Assembly (NCBI GenBank): GCA_009103225.1
Contig: RHPI01002262.1
Location: forward strand, 601,231-665,230
Direction: 5' to 3'
DNA from: Chlorokybus atmophyticus
Taxonomy: Eukaryota; Plantae; Mesostigma and Chlorokybus algae
Length of the DNA: 64,000 nt
Within the stretch, counting starts at the first letter, position 1. Each line of letters begins with the position of its first letter. The position numbers and the translations under genes were made by a program. Positions 54,655-64,000 of the stretch are shown here, piece by piece. Below the pieces are notes generated by a model. It saw nothing but the letters and a program-made list of their open reading frames with translations. It was not told the origin of the DNA and ran no database searches.

Positions 54655-57327
54655 ATGGCGGCGGTGGCGGCGTCGACCGTGGCGGGGCTGTGCAGCACGG
54701 ATAGATTGGGTCAGCACTGTGTGGCTGTATCGGCCAGTAGCGCGCCTGAAAGGGCACGGCCAAGGCCGAGGCTGGCTCGTCTGGTGGCAAAGGTTAGCAA
54801 GCTGCAGTGACACACAAATTTTTGCATTGCATTTTGGTGGCAATTCTGCTGAACACCGTTACAGAAGCATGCAATCTGGCCTTGACTGATCGCAATAACT
54901 TGCATGATTCATTGCATTGGCATCAGAAAGATGGTCTGTCTGTAATGTCGGGTCGAGCAACAACAACAATTATGTAGCAGAAGGGCTCATCAGTAAAGGC
55001 ACCACTGTGTTGTAATTCTTTGCATAAGGGTTATGTTGAACTCCATCTCGCGACAATGCCTGTTGACGACAGTCATCATGTGTTCGCTCCGTTCTTGCTT
55101 TCACCATGAACTGTTGACATTGGCGTGGTTGACAACATATGTCCATCGTGAGATTTGCGGAATGGCTAGTGCCTGCAACGGTGTCTGCCTTAAATACGGC
55201 AAGGTCAGTCGTACTGTTCTGGAACCTGTTGTCAACCTCCACATGTACCTCTGCACATGCATGTGCGTGCATGCATCTGCGCACATGCTAATGGACACAC
55301 ATGCATGCACAACACAAGTTCTCACCAACATAAACCACAGGCAGGCAAGGGCCCGCGCAGGAAAAGCAGTGGCGGCGAGGTGGCGGGCGGCGAGACAGAG
55401 TGGGCGAGGGGTTTTGGGGCTTCTTCGTCTTCGCTGTCTCGAGGACGAGCCGGGCAGGAAGCTAGGGTAGAACGCGCGGAAGATGTGGAGTTCTCAGCAC
55501 CAGACAGAAGCGGTACAGAATTTGTTCCATGCTCTTTAAAATCTCAGGTCTGTTCATTCAGTAAACTCCAATAAAGAGCCGATTGCGTCAGCATGGTGTG
55601 TGCGCGCGGGCGTGCGTGTTGTATTCCGTGTGTGCGTGATATTCATGTGTAAGGCGCATCAAGCGCTATGCAGTAGTATGCAATGCACCACGTTTCTGCA
55701 TGAAAATCTAAGTTGGGTTGGTAGAGATGAGATGATGAAACAGTCACTGGCAGTGTGCATGCACCTGGATATTGACAGCAGTGCATGAATGCTTTGTGAG
55801 TGTCAGCACTACGCGACTGGTATGCACACAAGGCACATGTGCTCTAAGCGGACGTGTCCCGATACCTTCAGGCGCAGACGAAGAGGTGGACATGGATGAC
55901 GAGGAGCTGGAGGAGCTTGATTTCGACGACTTGGTAGACGCTGCTGAAGGTACTTACCCTGACAACATAACTGTGGTTGAGTCGTACCATCACATAGCCA
56001 TCACCGACTAGCTATGGCGTTAGTTGCACAATGCATCTGAATGCTTCCGGGAATCTATGCATGGCTGGCAGTCATTGTTGCCTTTTGCTTTGCACATCAC
56101 CCAGCAGCTGCTACAAACCTTCTCGCACAGAACAAGGGTGCATGTCTTCAAGACCCAACTGAAACAGTCTGTTTTACTGTAATGTGCTGCCAGGTGGGCT
56201 TGATGTCGAGGAATGGCAGAGCAAAGACATAGGCGCAAGGATAGGAACAAGCGAAGAAGTTGAAGATGATGATGACAGTCGGAAGTGTGAGTGCTGACTC
56301 TCGTACTTTGGTCGTATTGCTGTTATCATTTGGGGGCGCATACAACGAGCGACAGATAGCAGTTGACCGGTATGCCGCACAAGCGCGAATGTGTGGCACA
56401 CCGTGGATAGTATGTGCCACACGCACTGAAGTGTGTGCCACAGTGTTAGGCTACTGGCAAGTTGCGTGCATTCCAAGCAACTTAATGTGTTAATTATTAC
56501 AACTGTTGGGATGATAACAAACGACAAATTACAATTACTTGCTTGCTGCTTGCCTTAGGTTGCTGAAGTATGCACTCTGCTGTTGTCATGCGCACTCACA
56601 TGCTTTTCTTTGTCGCATTCAGCTGCTTATCTGCTTGTTAAGCCTGGCATGACATTTGCTGTGGTGCTTGGCAGTTGCGGTGGCACTTGCAGAGGCGGCC
56701 AATGAGATCAAGGCAGTGGACCTGCTCGTGTTGCATGTGGCGCCGCTGGTGTATTGGACGCGCTTCTTCGTGCTGGTCACGGGCTTCTCGCGTCCGCAGA
56801 TCGAGGCTATATCGTAAGCAATCTGTCTGCACTGCATTATTGCCACGCTCTCGTACGCACAAAGTCTGTTTCTAGACACAACCCACAACTTAGTCAACAG
56901 GCCAGCAGAGTGGACTATGTTGTGTATGCGTGCTCCGGCCGTCATCAAGAACTGCAGATACTCTGTTTGACATGAGCCTGTGCGCACCTTGGTCATTGCT
57001 TGTGTGATTGGCGTATTCATGAACAGGCAAAAGATGAAGGATGTCGCAGAGGAGCAGTTTGATAGGAGATTAGACGAGAAGGCCGACCGCATGCAAACCA
57101 GCTGGATCTTGCTTGATTTTGGTAAGCATGGCAACCTCGGAAGCGCATTATGAATCAAACAGACCTTGATAGAATGTGTGATGCCGAGTATGCAAGCTCT
57201 AACACGTAGTCTGTGTTAAGGTGATGTGGTTGCGCATGTCTTCCTGCCCTCCGAACGGGAGTACTACAACCTCGAGTCGTTTTACGGTGCTGCGGAGGCG
57301 GTTGATCTACCTTTTGCAGCCCTCTGA
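54655..57327 (+). CDS. IJ: Plastid Iojap / ribosome silencing factor RsfS
   Basis: Transit peptide, acidic linker, then AVALAEAANEIKAVDLLVLHVAPLVYWTRFFVLVTGFSRPQIEAI...[29 protein letters not shown]. Confidence 0.93.
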
Positions 57328-58031
57328 GCGACTGAACACATGATACGTATGTGCAATGCAAGGTGCCCTTAGTTAGGGCCTTGTGGCTGTGCTGGTGAAG
57401 AGTTTTGCATGGCTCTTGAAGCGGTGAGGGCCACAACTTCGCTCGTACTTGTGCTTCGCTGTCTGCACCCAGGCATTCGCTTCGTTGCCATGAACTTATA
57501 TGTCAAGCGCAATCCTTGCGTCAATCCTTGGTTCACACAGTATTGTGCGAGTCACGCGTGCAAACATGGCTGATTTTCATTTTACCACCAGCTCAGCAAA
57601 GCAAGTTTGGCATCACCAAACCACCACTCGTGTAGCACAGCTTTAAGGCTTGTAAGCTGCTTCAAGGGCACAATCAGTGAACGCCTAAAGAAGCCTGCAT
57701 CTCACATGCTACCCCTTCTTTGCTTTGTAGTGGCAACACATTGTCAAACATCTCATGTGACTCATCTCGGCCGCATCATGCTGACATTGCAAAAGCAGCA
57801 CACACTTCACAACACAATCTTGTATCAAATCGGTTAGACGAAAATCTTTTATCACCAAGCAGGTATACTGCACTGGGCACAGCTCCTGGGCTCTACCTAC
57901 AAAACAACTGCTGGAATTATGTATTGCATGACGTATTCAAACAGTTTGCCAGCGAAACATACCAAACACAACTCAGCCAACCCTACGCACACAAGTCTAC
58001 TCTCACTAGTGTGAACCACAACCAGAACACA

Positions 58032-58096
58032 ACTGCTTAGGCTAGCAGTCTACTACTGTGCAGTATGAACTGTAGTAGACTGCTAGCCTAAGCAGT
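58032..58096. repeat. Perfect 25-bp inverted repeat (15-nt loop) overlapping the metalloprotease stop codon
   Basis: 58032-58056 actgcttaggctagcagtctactac is the exact reverse complement of 58072-58096. Confidence 0.95.
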
Positions 58097-60605
58097 AGTA
58101 GACTGCTAGCCTGGGCTTGCGCGTGGCGTCTCTGGAGGAGTAGAAGCCATACCAGTTGGGTGTTTTATCGCCATTGGTTCGCTTGCCAAAGTAGCCTCTA
58201 AACTGCACGATGCCGGCTTTAGGGAAGGCGCTGAGCTTAGAGGACCTGAGGTAGTAATTCAGGTAGTAGCGCTGCAGGGAGCTCCTGGCAACATTTATGT
58301 TCTCGCCGCGCTTCTGCACAAAGTCTGCTGGAGTCAAGCTCTTGGAACCGGTGAACGCGCGCGACATGTCGAGGTAGAGGCTGCCAAACTTGCCATTGCG
58401 CATTGGCGTGGGGTTGACGGATGAACCACGCCTGAGCACGAGCGTGACGCTGCGCAAGTACGCTTTGCGTGGGATGCTGCGGGTGCTGCACGAGACGAAG
58501 AACTTGAACTGAGAGGCGCCGCTGTCACCCACGCGAAGGCCACCTGGACCCCGGCCATGGCGGTAGACTGTCCCTGAGGCGAGCCTGCTTGGGAGGGCAG
58601 CAATGTAGCCGTCGTCGCTGCTGCCAGTGTTGCAAGTGATGCTCACGCGCCGGCATGTCTTGCGGGAACCACACTCGGTGGTCAAGCACGAGCGACCAGC
58701 AGCAAAGTTCTTGATCAGAGGCACCGTGTCGCTGCTGCGGAAGACATTCACGCCCTGGATGCTGGGGTACATCGTGTACGCGATGCTGTTGATGTGCATG
58801 GAGCTCCACGAGTGACCCAGCTCGTGCGCTGTGGTGTCGGTCACGTCTCCAAGCGAGGGACTCCAGTCTGACTGCGCCACTGAGTAGGCGTAGCTAGTGA
58901 CGCACGTCGTGCCAACATAGGCATTGCCGATGACATTGCTGGACATCTGCCTGCAACGACAAACAAGCCCAGATGAGTCGGAAGGAGAAGGGTCAGTTGT
59001 TGCAGTGCACACGCACTGAGAGCCACACAGACGCCCATTGACGAGCACGCACACGCTTGCACACCCAGACAGACACCATCCCACCCACCCACACGCACAT
59101 GCACACAACCATGCACAAGTAGTAAGCACAGTACCTGCCAGTAAAGAGCTGAGCCAGATCGCGCTTCACACTCTGGCGGTTGTTATTCCACTCGTTGGTC
59201 ATCTGTGTCAGCAAGTTGTTGACATCGTTGGCGGAGTACGGGTCGGCCCTGTTTGAGCTTCGCACGATCACCGTGGTGAGCTTGTGCCGAATCTGCACTT
59301 GGGAGAGGTACTGCGGACATGCCATTGCTGTTACCATGACATCAACAACTGTCATCTAGTCGACTGCAAGACAATGCATGCAGCTGACCTGCTTATTGAC
59401 AATGTTGACGATGGTAGCAATGCGACTGTTAACTCCACTCGCGCTGCCATACCTTTGGAAGTAGGGATAGTCTAGCAGAAGGCAAACAAACAGACATCAG
59501 AGTTGTACTCTTCAGCCAAAGTAATCAACAACAGCACAGAAGCATCCACCAACCTGTGTCAATCGCCAGCTCCGCCACGTAGTTGCAGCCGACGCCCAGT
59601 GCTTGTGCTCGAAGAGGCTGCATGCAGCCACAACGTCAATGCACATCCAACAAGGGTGAACAAAGCCACTTGCGACATGAAGAAAAATCATAGCGAGTGC
59701 GAGAGGCTAACTTACCGTCTCGACTGCCAGTGTCATGGCGTGATCCATATGCCTGGGCTCTGCACAGCTGGCATGGGAAGTGCCAAGTGCAGATCTTTTA
59801 TACACAGCATGCGTTGAGGCTGGGACATCCAGCGTGCTTCTTCCCCGCCGAGGGACTGGCTCAATGAAATACTCAATGCCGCCCTTATCAATGTACGCGT
59901 GCAAGCCATCCTCGTGCAGGGAGCCAGCAACCGCAGACCCATTGTGGCCGTACAGCCTGCCGCAGACAGTGTGCTCCGGACCAGCTTCGTGCTCTACCAG
60001 CTCGCCGTCCTCATTCTGCACCAGCAGCTGGAAGCCCTCTGCCCTCACTGAGCAAGGCTCCAGCTCCATCTGGTGAAGTTCCCCATCTAACAGGACGCTC
60101 TGCATTGAGAATGCAACACAACAATGAGTACCCCGAAACAGAGGATGACCACTGCAGTGTGACAACTGTTGTAACATGCAGAAGCTAAGACTACGGCATG
60201 AGAAGTACATGCACGCAAGCCAAGCTAGCACTGTGGTTTTCATGGCTGAGCTTGGTGCATACTGCACAACAGACGAGACACTGCAAAGGCCTTGCGCTGT
60301 AAAAGTTGTATGTAGGAAACAGCATGGAGTGTGTCATGACGTCGCACACTGGACACGTGACAAGCAAGCAGCAATGACAACAATGCAGAAACACACACAA
60401 ACACCCAAGCTAGCGATGCTGTCACACGTACCACAAGGCTTGGTTTATGGAGGAGGACGTGCTGAACTTCGGCATGCGTCAAGTTGAGGGTGTGGCGAGC
60501 ATGCTCTTGCAAACCAGCACTTGCGATGACAGCGCTGGCAGCAGTAGTAGCAGCTGCCCACCTCACCAGACCCAGCAGAACCACCAGCAGCAGAAGACGA
60601 GCCAT
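58083..60605 (-). CDS. Secreted M12B/reprolysin-like zinc metalloprotease with C-terminal DNRLRE-like domain
   Basis: Signal peptide MARLLLLVVLLGLVRWAAA; prodomain; AELAIDTDYPYF, RDLAQLFTG, IGNAYVG, zinc motif AHELGHSWSSMH, Met-turn YTMYP; C-terminal ...FYSSRDATRKPRLAVYY. Confidence 0.88.
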
Positions 60606-62764
60606 CTTCGTTATGCAAACCAGCTGGTTGCAAAGATAGTTTGCAACTGCTATGCTCCGCTATTCTTAGCAGACTGACAATCCACAAGCGCAATGCCTAG
60701 ACAACAGCGAAATGGTGCTTACGTACACTCATTCACAGGTACTTATAGCTAGCAAACCGCCTGAGGCAACCGCCTGCACAGCGACACGCGACTGGCATGT
60801 CTATCCTCTCTTGCCTCCAGCAGAAGCCAAAAATGATGGCGCCAATGCTGCCCCCAGCACCACCGCCGCCGCCGCCACCGCTGCCGCCACCACTAGCCAG
60901 TACCACTGCGTTTTGACTATGCACACTGATGTGACACCCTCGCCGTTAAGCGAAAGGCACAGCGGTTCCGCGAAAAAATGCCGCCGCATCGTTCCGTCTA
61001 ACCGCACCCGCAGGTAACGGCGATGGCGCCCGCCTCGCACCATTCATTGTCTGTCGCATTTCCCAAAATCAGTCACACATCACACTCCACGACTCGGCCC
61101 GTCATGAACGTGACATGCATTTCGCTTCTGGCTGAGACTCTCAACTTGAGAGTCTCAAGTCTACAGCCATCCCTTTCGTTCCTTGATGCACGACATTTCA
61201 TAATGCATTGATATGAAACGGCTCTGAGATGTGACCGGTACAGCCGTTATGAGGTTGGGTGCTAGTATGCCGCCGTCAAAGCCAAGCCAAATGTGCAATG
61301 TGCGGCACGTGGCAACCAAAGGCGCGCCGTGCTAGGTGCCTACCACGTGCGCTGAAGCCGCGCTTCATGATGCGCGACGCGTGTTGCGATGAGTACGGCA
61401 TCTTGTTGCCTCTCCCCCACCCACCCGTGTTATTAGACGGGGGGTATAACAAAGCCCCCTTTTCAGTGGAGGGTGATAGTGGGGTGTATTCGAATGTCGG
61501 AAGACTCTGGGTGCAAACCACAAAACTAGCCACAACCTGCATATTATTGCTATACTTAAACAAGTAGTGGCATAGGGTATGTGAATCTATAATGAAACAC
61601 GTCGTGCAAATTGCACAACCCGAAAAAAACACCAATACCGCGTTAGATGATTCACACGACACCACCACCACTTTCTAGTCAACAGGGGCTCCACTTTACT
61701 CTATCCTACGTGAATGCAAGTGCAAGCGCGAGTAGGGCAGGTAGAGGTGAAGCAGCGGGCTTCGTCTGCAGTAGAGTAGTAGTAGTAGCGGAGAGGGGTG
61801 GCGGGTGTGATGGACGACATATAATTTATGAGACATATGTAAATGTATATGTGTGAGCATACTACATGACTGTTTAAGGCATGTAGCGCAGTAAATACTA
61901 TACTATAAGCTTTCAAGCTCGAACAGCCATATGTTATGCACTTTTCTCAAACATGTCCCGTGATGATATGAGTCCCATGAATCATGGCTCGAGCGTAAAA
62001 GGCATGAATGGCTCAATCCAAGTAGCATATTATACCATAAAAAGCCGTAAAATACGTGCCCGAAAGTCTTTAGTTTTGTAGTTTAAAGCTGAAGCGTACG
62101 CTCAATCTCTACATTGTTCTGCACTGCGTGGTAACACCGTGTCATAGCGATATGGCATGTTGTAAATAACGAGTATATGATACATATGATACATTATAAT
62201 AATGAGGGTGTTAAACTGTCGCTTGAAACCGGTTTTATATGCTGATGTAATATGTTATTATGGTATGATACGTATTGATGTATCAATCATTCACAATTTT
62301 ACATCATGTGCACATTATATGCACACGTCCTTATTATGATGGAAATACGAATTGCCGCAATGGCCGCATCAACGGGATACAATACGCTGCAGCTAAAGAT
62401 TTTGTACAAGATTACGACGAATAAAAACCGGAAAGACAAGATGTATAAAGGAAGGTCTTCATGGGTTAGGGTTTGGGTTGGAAGGTCTTTATGCAATGCA
62501 TGTGTGAATTGTAAATGTAACAGCACCACCGTCGCCGGTGATGCCCCTTCAATCCTCTACCCCAACACCCACACCGCCTATGACAAGCCTTTCAACGGCG
62601 TGGCCGCCACTGAGCAGAGAACTGAAAGTCCCCACATCAGATTGATGTGACCTTTTATATCAAGAGTATATCAACTATATGCCTCTCGATAATTAACTCA
62701 CAACTAGACATCGACCCTACAGATAGGGTAGTTAGGAAATCTAGCGTGAGCCAATCACAGCTCA

Positions 62765-62822
62765 GATAAGGTACCTATCGATAAGGTACCTATCCAAAGA
62801 TACCTATCGTAAGGTACCTAAC
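62765..62822. repeat. Four tandem 14-15-bp near-palindromic units (GATAAGGTACCTATC)
   Basis: gataaggtacctatc gataaggtacctatc caaagatacctatc gtaaggtacctaac. Confidence 0.9.
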
Positions 62823-63726
62823 GAGATAGTGATCACATTATATCAAATGTGACACTAAATAGGCTTGAATAAGCGGTTCTACACCCATTGGGACTTATTT
62901 AAGCTATGATAAAGCATCATAGCCTTTAATAAGCGAGGAACCGTAGAAAAGAGGTATAAATAAGCATATTTGAATACTTATTCATACAAAATGTGTTATT
63001 TAGGTAGCAATAATACCCCTATTATTATTGCTCCCGTTACAGTGAAGTTATATTACAGTGCAATAAAGCCTTATTCGAAGCTGCGCAATTCAATAAGATT
63101 CGGGCCTACCATGGGCTGTGATAACAAAAGCTTTGTTTTGTCACCTTATGACCTTGAGGCGTTATTATAAGCAAACGTATATAGCAATGCTATACCCAGT
63201 ATCTACTAGCCTTGCCACATAAACATATCACGTTTGCTTATAATAGCAAACTTTACACGGTGACTGACGAGACTGAGGGACTGTTGGATGCCTGACCCTA
63301 TCTGACCCTAACGGACCCAACGGCTTGGGCCACAAAGGGACCAATCAACTGCCGGTGCGTATTGTGGACAATAAGCAATTGCCGATCGCCAATCGTACAG
63401 TACAGTGGACTGTTGCCTACCGGTGATGACGTGACATCAACATATTTTTACGGCCGACCGCCGGTCATACTGCTTCCGGCGACCTACCTGTAATAGCAAG
63501 TAAGTGTATATTCAGGCCCCTAATGGCGGCGGTCGATATTGGTGAGTCGGAGTTGACCCGCGGCCGGCCGTCGGCTGTACATAAGCCGCGACGACGACTT
63601 ATGAACCTACATTGGCAAGCAAGTGACCACTCAATCTTAACTAAGTCTCTGCTAAGAGGGACGAGCGATGGCGGCGAGTACCTGTCAGTCCGCTGAGTTA
63701 TACTCGGCACACTTAATGGAACAATA

Positions 63727-63881
63727 GTACCATTGCGATGGTACAACAGTCCCATCAAAGTATCATATACGGTACTCATCATTCAATGGTACATCGGTGC
63801 TGTCGTACCATTTAGTGGTACGACTGTACCATTGAACTTGAAGGCGTTGAGCGTTTGAAATGCAGCAGCGTTTCAAACGCT
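63727..63881. promoter_or_regulatory. GTAC-rich hairpin cluster upstream of a probable + strand 5' leader exon
   Basis: Seven GTAC in 63727-63829; stems 63727-63744, 63782-63836 (nested), 63850-63881. Confidence 0.45.
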
Positions 63882-63909
63882 GAACGGTTTCATTTACAAG
63901 GACAGGAGT

Positions 63910-63981
63910 GCGGCGGCGGCAACGGCGGCGGCGGCGACGGCGGCGGTAGCGGCGGCGGTGGTGGCGGCGGCGGCGGCGGCA
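63910..63981 (+). repeat. (GGC)n tract, probable 5' leader exon of the next gene
   Basis: GGC trinucleotide run followed by a GTGAGT donor at ~63988; similar GGC tracts precede other ATGs in this window. Confidence 0.55.
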
Positions 63982-64000
63982 CGGTTGGTGAGTTTGTGTA

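Noticed and set aside
62765-62822. CRISPR-like array
   Set aside because: No spacers, eukaryotic context and no cas genes.
63285-63325. Interstitial telomere (gaccctatctgaccctaacggaccc)
   Set aside because: Too short and degenerate.

Overview
Eukaryotic, intron-rich genomic DNA with (CA/TG)- and TGCA-rich introns and two N-gaps. The gene content is green-plant-like (C2-PLD, CDPK, DUF3493, plastid Iojap, GT34), consistent with a streptophyte green alga; the taxon is inferred, not verified. Manual splicing supports 14 protein genes in almost perfectly alternating orientation: a small unknown gene (-), CDPK (+), plastid CobW/COG0523 GTPase (-), C2-phospholipase D (-), LPA1-like DUF3493 (+), alpha/beta hydrolase (-), SPP-like GxGD protease with an apparent transit peptide (+), two head-to-head GT34 glycosyltransferases (-/+), YbhB-type PEBP (-), LFG/BI1-like (+), NSUN6-like m5C methyltransferase (-), plastid Iojap/RsfS (+) and a secreted bacterial-type M12B metalloprotease (-). 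The standout non-genic feature is a 1033-bp palindrome at 27384-28416. It is made of two miniature LTR retroelements (TRIMs: 74-79 bp LTRs, iMet-type PBS, PPT) fused tail-to-tail and flanked by a single 5-bp TSD (CTTAC). Each copy carries an LTR hairpin and tRNA-type A/B-box-like motifs. All exon structures and counts were read by eye; no database searches were run.
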